A DNA stretch of 61,972 nt, counting the filler, from Basidiobolus ranarum (Eukaryota): assembly GCA_040143965.1 (NCBI GenBank). It is 10 parts of 10 records of this genome, joined end to end, with 100 filler letters (N's around TTAATTAATTAA, not from the genome) between each part and the next. Parts side by side here need not be neighbours in the genome. Positions count along the whole stretch, not along the records: positions 12,449 to 18,566 come from JASJQH010008281.1; positions 18,667 to 24,778 come from JASJQH010008282.1; positions 24,879 to 30,988 come from JASJQH010008283.1; 7 more parts are not named here. One strand, written 5' to 3'. Shown piece by piece: positions 12,449-26,289 of the stretch. Position 1 is the first letter of the stretch. Every line of letters starts with the position of its first letter. A program made the translations under genes and the position numbers. A model generated the notes under the pieces. It made no database searches, was not told where the DNA came from, and was given only the letters and a program-made list of their open reading frames with translations.

Positions 12449-13161
12449 GCACAATACATGCTCGCCAGACAAAGCGCCTGTTGTAGCATCCCGGAGGAGT
12501 TAAGTTCGCCTGAAGCGGGTGCGGGGGTTTGCGCAGGAGTTACCATGTAGAACTCCATGAGAAACCTGAACAATATCGACCCAGGGGATGTATGCGCTGT
12601 AGCAGGTATTGGGGGACTTGGCCATCTGGCTATTCAATACGCCAAGAAATTTGGCTACCGTACAGTGGCGCTGTCGAGTTCACCAAGCAAGCAAGATCTT
12701 GCAACAGAATTAGGTGCTCATGTCTATATTGATCAATCTAGTCAAGATGCAGTCGAGGAGCTGAAGAAGTTAGGGGGAGCAAAACTAATAGTTGTTACAG
12801 CTCCTGGTGGCGATATAGCAAAGTTACTTGATGGTTTGGCCTTTGATGGAACTTTATTAATTGTTTCAATATTGCACGAGCCATTGCAAGTCAATACTCT
12901 CAGTCTCATTAGTAAGAGATCCCAAATTCGTGGATGGCCATGTGGCACCCAAGCGGTAGATTTTTTTTGGTTTAGGGGAGTTTAGAGACAGTGACTAATT
13001 TTGAATCAATTCTATAGGATATTGAAGATACTTTAAATTTCTCTGCTTTGACTAACACGAAGCCATTGGTACAAACGTATACTATTGATCAAGCCAGGCA
13101 GGCCTATGAGGACATGAAAAGTGGAAAGTCAAGATTTCGTGCTGTAATAGTATTTGACTAG
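12449..13161 (+). CDS. Zn-dependent alcohol dehydrogenase (MDR family), 5'-truncated by contig edge, intron 12956-13017
   Basis: CAGVT and GIGGLGHLAIQYAKKFG motifs; spliced end ...AYEDMKSGKSRFRAVIVFD*. In-frame TAG at 12548-12550. Confidence 0.85.
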
Positions 13162-14490
13162 TTATCATTACTATTATTGCCAGTAATGCTTATGATAGTA
13201 TCACTTCCATATGATATCTTCTAAAATAAATTTAACTATATCCTCGGAAATGAAGCTTCATGTAATGAAATGATTTATTCTAATTACAATGATGGCATTG
13301 TTACCGTTATGCTCCCTCATGTATAGTAGTTTTATGCATTTAGTTAATGTAGTTCAATACCCATGGTAGAGTTGAATTTTGCCTCATGTTGTACAGTTAA
13401 GTAGCCTAATAAACCATTAAAATAGTCTCACGAGAATCATTACCATCCCGCTATACAAACAGCCTCTTATTAATGATGAACGGAGTGAAAATCACATAAA
13501 TAACGAGTGCGCCTTTACCAGCAATACCTTAAACTTTCAAGATGTAGACAAGTTGACAGTATTGTGGAGGGATCCCAACACAATGAGTGGAATATCAACA
13601 AGGTATGACCGATTTGCCAGGGATCCACTCTGTCGGATAAAAGGTATGGCAACTCGGACAGTTACTGATTATCAAATCTAAATGCTTTGAATATTTTTCT
13701 GGTGACAGATGAGTACAGGTGTTATTTTAGATGTTGATAAGAAATAACTGGATAACGTCATTAATATTCCAATAAAATCAATCAAAGTTTACTGCATTGA
13801 TGCCAGAAACGTCAGTTTTCAGCGTTCTGGTCGGGGTCAAAGACTATTTGGGTGCTGTAGCCCTACTACCCCGGAGATACAGCTATCTTCTCCAACGATC
13901 CTACCAGTCTTCTAGCATATGTAAGTTATTAAAAGGTGAAAATAAATTCTTCCAGGCCTTTGTTGTATGAATTACATCAAAAAAAGTCGCTTTTGCTTAG
14001 CCATTATTCGTGCTTGTATCAGTGAATTCAATCTCTTTTCTTCAGCATTACACCAACAAGCATTGATTTAAGATTTGGTCAATATGACAAATTGCTACCA
14101 TAGCATAGTAGCATGGTTCCTCAGTGGAGGGCATGCATTGCCTAGGGGAAAATATTATTTTCAATATATTAAAGCAACTGATCAGGTAACTGACTTCATG
14201 TAACGTATTGAAGATAGGGACGATTTTCTCTTGATATATGGTAATAAATCAGCGATAGTATGGTGGTATTGCTTAGAAATACAGCCAATTCTAATTTTCT
14301 GCAGACATTTCCAATATTTCTATGTAACAGTGTTACTAAAAGTGTCAGAGTACCACTGGGAATTCTATGAACATTAGTAACTAGACTGGTGGTTTATAAA
14401 TCTTCTTGCTATTCAAGAGTTCTACAAAATTATTTAAATGACATCATTAGAAGCATATTATAGATAATATGATGAGCTATATGTATTATA

Positions 14491-14838
14491 TATTGAAATT
14501 AGCATTGCCTAAACACCTGTATAGTCATATATAGCTTAGTACTTAGTTTTCTTATATTTCGCTAAGATATTACCCATTATTCTCATAAGGAATTTACTTG
14601 GAATATTTTTACCAACTTAGAATTTCTCAGATATATGGATTTTTCAAACTTGTGCTAGAGGCCTCAAACTTTGCGCACATGTTCCTAAAATCTTTCTTAA
14701 CACATTCTACACGTTATTTTGTTTATATCTTGACGAAACTATAAATGTCAACTTTCAACACAATAAATCAATAAGCAAAAAACACCAACTTCTCTATTTC
14801 TCCAAACTACTTCCAGCAGGCTCCCAAGTACTTTGACA
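14491..14838 (+). mobile_element. Solo LTR, same family
   Basis: Collinear with 10624-10972; ends TATTG...TTGACA. Confidence 0.85.
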
Positions 14839-17800
14839 ATTTATACTTTTGAAGATAGCTCAGAAGGTAATCAATGCAGTCTTCTACATAATATCTGTGA
14901 AAGAAAAATAGTCAACCTAGGATTAATTTGGACCACTTGAGATTCACTGTAAGAATGATTGCTAGTAAAACCCAAACACTGTAGAAATCCCATAATCAGG
15001 AAATAGCTATCTGCTCCCTCTTCAAGTATGCTATTTAGAAAGAAAAGCAACTCCAGATGCTCCAATAATAGGTGATTTGGCTTTACAAATATATGATACC
15101 AATAGCCTCACTAAGCGCTAGATACAACTTGCTAGCCCTCTCGAAACAATATCATATTTCAAAAAATAATTTGTACTGTATATAAATCCAAGATTCTGTC
15201 CTACTATCTATATGGTATACCGACTTAGTTCCCATTATACCGACCACCTTTCTCTCACAAAAATATCTTAGCAACCACAGAAACTGATCATGTTGCTAAA
15301 CCTATCGAGAAAGTATTTGTTCTCTTTCTACTACAATTTGTTCACAAACCATTATTCTAAAGATATCTCCGTACCTAAGAGAGATTTAACCACTTGGGGT
15401 TTTTCCTATCCCTATTTTTATAGGGCTAAGTATTTACCAAGAGTTCGGATATTTAAATAATTAGCTCAATAGGAGTGATGAAATTTTAGAGTTAAGCATC
15501 TAGGACTTCTATCATATGTATTACTTCTATTTTTCGGTAAGTCAAACTCTATCTACTTGAAACTATCTCAGAAAAGTAGAGAGAGGACAGTAGATATAAA
15601 CTGTTTCTAAATATCCCTGATTTTTTATCCTTCCATATTTAGTCAGGGGGCCATAGCTCCTGGGCCAACGGAGCAAGTACACTGAGTAGAGCATTTTAGT
15701 GAAACTGGATAGTTGTGCTTTTGACGATTGTTATATATTTTGTAAGTATTTAATTTTTTAATCTTACAGAGATATGATTGCCGACATACAATGGAAGAGT
15801 AGTGCTTCGTGCAGTGAAGGGAACAATAGAAGTTACTTTTAGATAAATTGGAATGAATCAGAAATTCGAGGTCCAACTGGCCTACTCTGAAAATTGCAAA
15901 TATTTACTAAATGTATGGGAAAGTTTACCCTGGATGAGTGTTTGACTAATAAATCGAATATAACATAGATGTGATATATAAAATAGCGAGATTCATAAAG
16001 TTGGGGACAGTACACTTGATATAAGTGATCCACTTCAACTGGTATATCTCTAGCTGATACATACTCCCTATAACATGAATAAACCATGTGGGGATTTATA
16101 TATGAGCTGGACAGAATGATAAAAGGCTAGCACTTCAATTACTATATGTAGACTCGCTTCAACATAAAGATACTTGTTTAAAAAAGTCGTTTTTATTGTT
16201 AAGATTAACGTAGTTATACAATGAAGATTCTATGAAATTGAATGTAAAGAACTAAGGTATGGGAAAATGATTCTTGAATTTGTACCAATTGTCCACTCAT
16301 TCTGATAAAATTCGGATGTACGGAATCGACTTGGATTTGGTCATCGTAACACATAGAATGGTTATCAATTGTATTCCATCTCAACTTGAAATTATGCAAA
16401 CAGCGTCTCATAGGGGAGCAATCATCTGAATGAAGGTGTAAATCCTCTGAGTAACATGGCTAAACAATCACTTAATCATTAGTACAATATAGTGATAATG
16501 AGGGAATTCCAAGTCATGATTAACAAATATGGTCACGAACGAGCCAATTTCATGCAGCTCCTGAAAGGATTCAAGACAATGGGCTAGTTGGGCACGTTCC
16601 TTGCTAAAGTGTAGTATATTCCGAATGTTTACGAAAACAGGTACTACAAAAGTAGAATGTAACAGCTTTGTAGAGCCACAAAGAAAAGGATGGTTATCGA
16701 TATTGCTAGTTATTAATCCTACTCATATTATATTAATGTGGAACCTCAATACTGCCACTCTGTAGGTGGTGTTCCAAGGATATCAGCGAGTACAAAATTT
16801 GTGCGAGGACTAGGGGATTGGAAGCGCCGAGTGGTGATTTAGAATTTTTTCAATTGATTTCAGAGATAGGATCTAATTCGCAGATAATTTCTTTGTTCTT
16901 TTACAATGGTAGAATGGGCTATTTCGTATTTCCTTTGTTTTCTCATTTGTGTGACAAATACAATACTGAATGGAACAGCTAGAGAAAAGGCTATCCAAAC
17001 ATACATAGCACAACTAAGCCCACCGAAGCTGAAATGACGCTTACAATTAAGCTTGGATATGGGTTGTGGTCTGTATGACAAGAGTGATACAAGATAGTGC
17101 ATAATGAGCTTTCCTAAACTTGTATTTGCCGGCGAGGAAAAGCGAAAGATTTTAGGGAGTCATCCGCTGCCGTTCGTCTCTAATTCGCATTTTAAAAGCA
17201 CAACAAATACTTGTATTCCTTCAACCAACAGCTGTAGAAGCTTGAACCGAGAAAGGCTACAAACATAGTGTATGAAGCAACTATTCTACCAGACTACTAC
17301 AAAGCAACGCTACAAGGAATTACAGCGAGATCAGTCGAAGGAATCTAGCCCAAGAATGGCAATCAATGAGCTTAGAGTTATAGGTCGGAAGGGAAATGAG
17401 TAATTGAGCCCCATTCTACTCAATGAAGCTATTCTAGACTGGATTTCCCGCTGGTGATGAGAATTTTTCATGTTACAAAGAAACCAAATATACCCTTCAC
17501 GGGTAAGGGGGGTTTCCATTAAGAGGATCTATGATGCAGGAGCTGATACTAAATAGGAGACGTGTGGAATGAATGAAATCTCGATTAGAATTCTGTTGCA
17601 ACAAGTTGATAATCAAATTAATTCACCACCCATATTAGGAATGACTTTGGAACTAACTTGAATTAGAACGAAGGAAGTGGTCAGTATTCCATTTAGCATC
17701 AAGAAGTTCCATCCTTTTGGGTTGTACCTCGTTCTGTTCTCTCTCCAGTTGGATGTTCTACGGATCCTATCCTAATTGATGAATACTTTTACCGCTTTGG

Positions 17801-18666
17801 GAAGAATAGAACGATGAGCTAATGGCTGTATAAGTGAGATTCAACAAGAGTGAGAACTAGCTGCTCAGCTTCTGAATACCAGTGGAATTTCGTCTTAATG
17901 GGGAATGCACTATCTGGATCCCATTACACAGAGAGCCTTGCTATCAATCGGAGGTCTTGCTTAAAGGGGGCTTGGGGATGGGAGTTTCTATTTCGTTAAC
18001 AATATCGCATGAATTTTGGAAATCTGGATTCAGTCAGTACAACCGTAGTGGTGTAGTAATCAGTACAAGGGTCGAGTGCCCGGGTGAAGGCACTAACTAG
18101 GGGGAGGGGAGAAGTGTTTTGTTGATGCAATGATGCTATGATTACTATTGAATTGGCATGAGAAAGTGAATTCCCGAATTCATGGTTCATCCAAGGCCCT
18201 CATATCGGGACTATGGAAATTCTCCAAGCATAAATGAAATTCAATCTATATGCAGTCGAGAGGATTACACGACATGTGAAGAGCACAGTTGGATAAGTCA
18301 TTTGAATTCCACCAATCAACTGGATCAATACACAATAGAGTCTGGTGAATAAGGATTGATTACGTATGACTAAAGCTGCTTGTGAACCCTAACGATCACG
18401 ATAACTACTTTGCTCTGGCTACATAGCTACATATAGCACATTCCCATTCATCACAAAAGTAAAGATCGACGTGTTGATCAGCTGGCTATGCTGCACCAGT
18501 AGCTGCTGCTGAAGGTGATGCTATGCAAATGGGAGTTTAAGTTTCATTGGTCAAACTATCTGATATNNNNNNNNNNNNNNNNNNNNNNNNNNNNNNNNNN
18601 NNNNNNNNNNTTAATTAATTAANNNNNNNNNNNNNNNNNNNNNNNNNNNNNNNNNNNNNNNNNNNN

Positions 18667-19422
18667 CGCCCCCCCACTCCGCCCCCCCCCCTCCGACCCC
18701 CACGCCAGCTCCCAAGCGGGGCCGGTGAGAGATTGGTAGATGAGTTGCTATGGGAGGTAAAAGCTTAATTATGAATGGGACAGGGCAATTGCTAGAACGA
18801 CAGTCACAACTTACTTGCTTGGACCGTTACTAGGTATGAAATGCTAGGAAATAGCAAGATACATTAAGAATCGATGTTGTGTTATTTCTTCCTAAGACAA
18901 AGCGAGACTTACTCCAGTATTTGAGTTTTCAAGTGAGGCTTTTTTTACTGCCATATCAATCTCGGTTTGAGTAAGGCCTTTGTTTTTCAAAAAGGCAAGT
19001 TTTTTGGAAAGAGGAGCGGTTTGAACGTTTGCTGAGTTCAAAAAACTTACAGCTTGCGCAATCATTTGAGGTCTTGGGGAAGGTTCGATATTTTTGGTAT
19101 TTGGCTCAATAGGTGGTAACTTCGGACTAGGTTCACCAAGGCTAGACATTTGGCTTGAATTCTCCGTAATCTTCGTTGTGTTCGCTGTAGTTTTGAGGAT
19201 AGGCTCGGAGGGAGAGTTTTGAATATTCCTACCTAGTTTTTGACCACTCAGGAGTTCTTCACGACTATTTGGTTTTTGTTCAACATCACCTTCAGGGACC
19301 TCGGTAGAAGTGGCGAACTTGCCCTCTACTAGTTTGGATTTCTCCTCAACATGCGGGGATTGTTTTACAGAATCATGGTTAGCTTCAAGAGGTTTGATAG
19401 GAGAAGAACCACTTTCAGACAT
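18667..19422 (-). CDS. PEX14: Peroxisomal membrane docking protein Pex14, 5' part (3' cut by contig edge)
   Basis: Pex14_N motif RPQMIAQAVSFLNSANVQTAPLSKKLAFLKNKGLTQTEIDMA; likely ATG at 19422; two GT-AG introns after 18913. Confidence 0.85.
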
Positions 19423-20071
19423 AAATAAGTTCTTGCAAGAAAAAGTGGAAATACTATAGTGAGGTGGCTGTACAAAGATAGAGTGAGTTGTCCAATAAAA
19501 TGAGTGTCCATATAGTAGTAACCATGTGACTTTCAATATTCTTCGTATAAAAGCAGGGATTATCATTAATAGGATATGTTAATATAGAGTACAATGTAAA
19601 CTTAGTGTTTATAGGATATCGCGTTCATTAACTCAGTACGTGCTCTGTGTGCAGGAACTGGCCGCCCGAGGTCTAGCCTTACATTGTATGATTATTTTCT
19701 GGATATGTTTTATTATTATTATTTACTTCATGCTCTTAAAGATGAGCAACACATCTTTTATTTGGAGGCAGCGGATTAGACTATACAAGTAATATGGAAA
19801 TATGGATAAGAGTGTAAAGATCTGGTATTGAATACCATGGAACATAATCAGTCTATGTCCATAGAAGTTATCCGCGTTGAGGGCTCAACCACCAACGTTG
19901 GCAATGAATCTAGCTCCTCAGGGCTCGTGGATGAATAGGGCGAGGTGGGGTAAAAGCGATGACTAGGTTTTGAACTTATCTAAATCAATTTAGAAAGGAA
20001 AGACATTGAGCTATATGCACAATAAAACATTCTTGTCAAAAGGTGAAATCTCAAAACTAGATCTATCTATA

Positions 20072-20545
20072 TCAATTGATGGTAATGAATTTCATAACAC
20101 ATACCTCAAAGAAATTGGAAAACTCTTTTCTGTATTCTATATCTTTCTTCAAATTGTTTAGCTTACTCTTTCGAGTAGCTTTATTTGTTGTGTAATTTTC
20201 GTTTACTTCCTTCAAGCTTTCACCACTACTCAAATCGATGATCCGTGCTCCTTGAGAAAAACGAAGAGAAGCTAAAGCTGAGTTCAGGAGAGTTTTCTCA
20301 TTTGAGTTCGTTTTGCTATCAATCTCTAGTGATACACGCATGCGTTTGATGGGCCGCGGAGTATGTTTGTGAGTTGGTTCCACAATAAGCGACCGCTTAC
20401 GTTTAAAATTTAACGAGCTATGTGAAACTGTAGAATAGTTGAAATTAGAATATTCATCTGAAGAATATGTGTCATTAGAGTAAGAGCCACATCCACTTAG
20501 GAAATCTTTTCTGGGAACGAAAGTGGCCGCTTGGGTGGATATCAT
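20072..20545 (-). CDS. Hypothetical protein with basic NLS-like clusters, possibly spliced at the 3' end
   Basis: About 157-aa ORF with KRKR and RPIKRMR; GAG/GTATGT donor-like site near 20105. Confidence 0.45.
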   Translation of the reverse strand: MISTQAATFVPRKDFLSGCGSYSNDTYSSDEYSNFNYSTVSHSSLNFKRKRSLIVEPTHKHTPRPIKRMRVSLEIDSKTNSNEKTLLNSALASLRFSQGARIIDLSSGESLKEVNENYTTNKATRKSKLNNLKKDIEYRKEFSNFFEVCVMKFITIN

Positions 20546-21692
20546 GTTCAAATTTTAAAGATGGAAAGTGCACTTTGTGAGAGAAAAGTGGACTTCTCAC
20601 TTGGTTATGGCAATACAAAACTAACTGGATGACAAAAAAGGTCACAAGTACTTCAAAAACTTGCGTAATAAGGAAGTGTATGAGGGACACGGATAATATG
20701 GGGGACGCACAATACAGCACGCTAGTTTCAAGAAATAGCAAGTCTGGAAAACCCATAGAACCTGAAATCTACTTGCCATGTATTATATCTCACAAAGGAT
20801 CATGAGCCATCGCTACACACGAGGACCATCGGTTTTCTAGGACAGACACAAAATCATTCGCCGTAAAAGATCGCTTTTTCAAGCTGCGATAATAGTTGAG
20901 TGCTAGAAGATTCTATACAGATGATCTGGCTTATAGCCGAGGAAGCAAAAAAAATATTTGCTTGTTCCAAGGATTCGAAATTACAGGCAAGATTTCCCAT
21001 AGATTAATCCATAATCGGAGTATCTAATTATCCTGATTGCATTCCCTGTGAACTACTTCTCAATCACCCTTTTTTAGGAGTCAAATCTCATTAATAGATC
21101 TACCAACCAATGTTACCGTTCCTAAGACATCGCTCTAGAAATTGAGCATTTCTCATTAGGATAGGCTAAGGCCTATGAATTCCTCAACTCAACCATGCAC
21201 GGTCTCAATATTCCCAGTCAAAACGTTGTTGCTGAATCCTTTATTTCTTCCAGCAGTATATAGACCCACGCCCATTCATTATGTATATTAGTATTCCGCA
21301 TTAACAGTGGATCAGTTTCGAATTCTCATTTTCTCAATGTTTTTTGCCAGTAGCAATTTTCCAGCTCTCTCGATTATTATATGGATATACATAATGCTCA
21401 AGCGTAGCTAGGCTCATGTCTAAGTGCTGAATTTTTGAGTTGCTTGTCTATATGCCTCGACAAGTCTTGCTATTGCCTGGTATTCTTCTCATTGTGTTTG
21501 GAAGTCATCAGTTTTGTACCAATATTTTTTGACAACTTCTCTTCATATAGGGAAACACAATACTATAGCAACATATATGCTAAGTTAATTATGTATTGGC
21601 CAGTATTTGTTAGATCTAGAATACAAATGGCATTTTAAAAAATGTGCCTTTGATAGTTAAAAATTTAAATATATGATAACATATGATCTACA

Positions 21693-22033
21693 TGTTAATG
21701 TATTTTGGGAGCCTGTTGGAAGTGATTTGGAGAGATAGAGAAATCGGTGGTTTTTACTTATTGAGTATTCAGTTGACATTTATAGTTTTGTCAAGATGTA
21801 AGAAAACTAATGTGTAGAGTGTGCTAAGGAAGGTCCCAGGAGCATGTGTGCAAAGTTTGGGGCTTCTAGGACAAGTTCAAAAGATATATATGTCTGAAAA
21901 CTTCAAAGTTGGTAAAAATATTCGAAGTAAATTTTGATTGAGAATGATGGGTGATATCTTAGTGAAATATGGAATATCCAAGTACTAAGCTATATGTGGC
22001 TATATAGATGTCTAGGCTATGCTAATTTCAACA
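21693..22033 (-). mobile_element. Solo LTR, same family
   Basis: Reverse complement of 10624-10972; TGTTAA...TCAACA ends; no TSD evident. Confidence 0.85.
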
Positions 22034-23805
22034 TGCTTGTTGTTGACACTTCGAATTCATCCCAAATAATTATAGTAGTGTCCTGCAAACACAATTTATG
22101 CTATGGTACGCACTTGAAGTATAGGTCTCTCTAAAGGACTATATGTATCACAATGTCAAATACAAAAAGGATAATAAGCAGAGGAATAGCTGCCATCAGG
22201 GAATTCCACAAGCAGCGATCCCAATTTTCCAGAGTACATTTCTTTCCCCACTTATAAAGGCACTAGTAGGAATGATGCAGCATCGTAAATATTACAATAG
22301 ACTACTCAAACATTCTATAATGCAACGTTTCTATCTCTTAGTAAATTACCGGCTTACACAAGGAGAAGAGTTACTTGATACCGACATCTAGTGCTAAGGT
22401 ATTGAGATCCCCCATTTTGATATCAAAAGTTAGAATAGCAAGTTGACTCCCTATGAGACACAACCAATACAACTAATGCTGGCGCATGAACAAGTAGTGC
22501 GGTTAAAATTACGTACAAAATTATCAGTGAGTATTAGCTTAGGGCATAATTTGAATTCACAAAAATAAGGATTAGAATATTTGTTTACTAATGAGAGGTG
22601 CCTTCCCAAAAATATCTACAAAAACTAAGATCCGGGAGTAGAGTACTGAATCAGAACTTTAACTGCTCAGCCACATATAAAAGTGGCTCATTTGGGCATA
22701 TTTCAAAAGATGATGAAATCAAGTTTGTTCCACTCGACTTGGGGTAATGGTCTCCAAATAACGGGATTGATGTTGGTTAAAGTTGATCGGGCCTGACAAT
22801 CCCGGGGAATATTGAGTGAGGGTTATATTAGTGCATGTAACACTAATTAAGCAAAATATAAATTCCTAGTTTGCAGTCTTGGCACTGAGTTTAACGTAAA
22901 ATACGATCAAAAGTTCAGCAACAAGAGTTAAATAACACTGCCTAAATAAGGTAAGTTGGGTGCAACTTTTACGTTTGTAATTGAAATACCCCCACTGCCT
23001 TAGCTAGTCATGATCCATTATTGCGATTTGGAAATCTCGCGACCGTATCGAACCAAAAAGGTTTGTTCATTGTAATTTGAATTTTTATAAAAGATTCATA
23101 TCAGCCCTTGATAAGCTGCACATCTACCTTTGATCCAAGTACAGCATTTGAGAGCAGGTTTTTTCTGATAACAGGGTTGTTGAGAATTGATCTCACGAGT
23201 GTAATAAGTGTGAAATCATGGTGTTGAAGGAATAACTGAATTGCGATACGTTAAAACGATAGATTTTTAAAACTTGCTATTGATATAATGTTAACGAGAT
23301 GGAGGAGTATACCTAGTATAACATGAACAACGCGTTACAAAGGAATATCTGCTAGCAGTACTCACGCACTCGCGAGGGTTTATCGATTTATTATCACTTT
23401 GGGAGATGGCAATTTCTGGGGGGAGAATGTTTTATCAATAAACAAATATGTACAATTACCAGCTACGTGACTACGTAAATAGATTTGATCGTTTGAGTGT
23501 AACCCTTGTCAAGTTTGTTACACGAGCTAGAAAGAAATCACCTGTTATTGCTCACAAAAGAGGCTTACGAAAGCGCACACAATAATTGAAAAATAACTGG
23601 AGAGTAAATATTGATTTACATAACCTACAGCTTCAATATTCAGTAAGTAATACATTTTATACGGTAGTACCACATTAAAAACTTATATGTTTCGTAAGTC
23701 AGGGAAACCCCGAGATTTAATCCTGGTATATATATATATACGAATAGCTACAGTTTTGTCTATTGATAACAGTAAATCATCTACTTCAAGATACCAATAT
23801 TATCC

Positions 23806-24778
23806 ATGATTCCACGTTTCACTACTTCCATTCTTCTCTTTCTTGGCGTTTCTTCTACCGTAATGGCTCATATGGAATTGGTAGATCCTGCTCCTCGCAA
23901 GTCAAAGTTCAACCCATTCTACAAGGGGGGCTCGGTCGACTATGACATGTCCGCTCCACTCAATGATGGGGTAAGTGAATCTCTATATACTCTCCTCGTC
24001 CATGACCAAGGCTGTTTATGCTGCTGAGGTCTCTTGACCCTGTATTCCTGAAGTAAATAGATTACATAGGATATAGAGTCAGAAACGTATTCATCAACCA
24101 GTGGATGTTGTCAAACAAAAAGTCAATTCATTACCCATATTTTCCTTTGTCTCTTTAGTTCTCTTACCCTTGCCGGGGATACGGTGCTGGTCCTAGCGTT
24201 GGCACTTACACTGCTGGTGGATCGGTTCAAGTTAGACTTGACGGTGAGGCTCCACATAACGGAGGTCATTGCCAATTCTCACTCTCAGTTGATGGGGGGA
24301 ATACATTTGTGGTGATGAAGACAGTGATGGGTGACTGTATGATCGCCACACGCACTTACAGCGTTCCAATCCCCAAGAATGCACCCAACGGCAAGGTGGT
24401 GTTTGGCTGGAGTTGGATCAACAAGACAGGGAATCGTGAGTACTACATGAACTGTGCAGATATCACCATTCAAGGTGGTAGTGGTCAGTGTATCAGTGGG
24501 CCGAAGAACTTTATTGCCAACCTTCCTGGGTATCCAACCATTCCAGAGTTCACCAGTGGCGGGCCTGATGGTTCGGACTACTTTTCCAAGAGACCTTTCA
24601 TCACCTCCTGTGCAACAGGCAATCCCGACTCCGCTAGCAATGATCAATCTCAACCCATGCATAATCCCGACCAGTACAAGGAATCTCAAGACAAGTCACA
24701 GCCAGGTTCTACATCTACACCCACACCCAAACCAGTGCCACAACCTCAGACCCAGCCCCAGCCCCAGCCCCAGCCAGC
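23806..24778 (+). CDS. Secreted AA11-like lytic polysaccharide monooxygenase (exons 23806-23970, 24159->24778), 3' cut in a PQ linker
   Basis: Signal peptide then His22 (A|HMELVDPAPR), YPCRGY, HNGGHCQFSLS, WSWINKTGNREYYMNCAD; phase-0 intron 23971-24158. Confidence 0.85.
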
Positions 24779-24878
24779 NNNNNNNNNNNNNNNNNNNNNN
24801 NNNNNNNNNNNNNNNNNNNNNNTTAATTAATTAANNNNNNNNNNNNNNNNNNNNNNNNNNNNNNNNNNNNNNNNNNNN

Positions 24879-25815
24879 CAAAGCTTCTGGAATCATTGCA
24901 TATGCAGTACTTCCAAAAACTCTGAGATTAGCCACATCTGATTTACTTCCAAACCAAGCTTGATATGGTATCACGGCCAAATGAGACATAGAAGAACATC
25001 TATTCATGCTATATACTGCAGTTGCAAACAATTCAGCGCAGAATTGTATTGAAAAATCTTCATCCTGAAGTATTGATTTTGCCTTTTTCATTTTGGATCT
25101 ATTTGAACACTCTGCTACTCCATTCTGCTCTGTGAAATATGGCACTGTAGTCTACTATTATATCCCATGTGTTGAGCAGAAGTTTGGGAAGATTTTTGAA
25201 ATATATTCCTCTTCATTATCAGTACAGATAATCTTGGTCTTTGGATGTGACTCAGTCTCCACTATTGCTTTGAAATTCTTGAAGGTATAAAGGCTTCATC
25301 AAAACTGGCCAGAAAGTACACCCAAGTATACTTTGTGTTATCATCAATAAAGATTATGAAATACCTTTTTCCACCTAAGGATTTTGTCTGCATTGGGCAA
25401 CACAGATCTGTCTGTATCAGGCTCAAATCGTGATTAATTTTTCTCATTCCAGAGCCCAGAAATGGCTGTCTGTGTTACATACCATATAAGCAACCTTCAC
25501 ATAGCACAAGATTCAGTGGAATTACAACATTTAGTCCCAAAACTATCTTGTTAGTGATTAAATTTATTGATTCTTTTTCCAAATTGTTGCTTATGAGATG
25601 TTGATCCATTAGTTTTGCCACCACAAACTTCAAAGATAACTTGTCTAATCTTGCTTCCAAAGCTGTGATGAAGTTTGAATACTGTTCTGGTAGACTAGTC
25701 AAACAAGTCATGGTGATATCTTGTACCTGTAAAGTTGCACCAATATTTTCCAGTTGCTGTCCTAAAGATCTCACACTTGCAATATGAGTAACCATACTTT
25801 CAGACTTTTCCATCT
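24879..25815 (-). mobile_element. Degenerate Ty1/copia gag-integrase (internally deleted)
   Basis: UBN2-like LTSLPEQYSNFITALE, CEGCLYG, LIQTDLCCPM...RYFIIFIDD, EQNGVAECSNR, LRVFGSTAY. Confidence 0.9.
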
Positions 25816-26289
25816 TTATATTGGGAAATTATTGAAATTATGAAAATAGTAACTCATTATTTAGTAGTTAGTTTATTCATATTCTGATTATTTAGCACTC
25901 TATTCTGTCATTTAGAAATGTGTGTTTATTGCTCTAATTGATAGAAATATCAATTAGATCACTTTTACCAATTTTCACCATTTTCTCAAATCTTCTCCAA
26001 ATCATCTCAAATTTTCACCCATGCTTAACAGGCATGTTTGTTACAATCAAAACACATCCAATAGTTCTATTTCATAGTAAGCTATACATAGGAAATATTC
26101 AATTCAATAAAACTTGAGTGTCTAGTTCACAAATCCAAATCTTGTCCTAAATACTTCAAAATTCCCTAAACACTTTTATCAGAAATTTCTCTGAGAATGT
26201 GTGTTTTCAAAAAGACTCTTTGCTTCATAACACTCTTCTAATGTAGTACAAGCTTGATGGGATGTCTTTTCATATTGAATATTCTCAAA

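Noticed and set aside
15100..18566. Short ORFs in the second half of contig 3
   Set aside because: No motifs or consistent frame, and no tRNA or rRNA structure recognised.
18667..18720. C-rich run as a G-quadruplex or telomere-like element
   Set aside because: It sits at a contig edge, so low-quality or low-complexity sequence is more likely.
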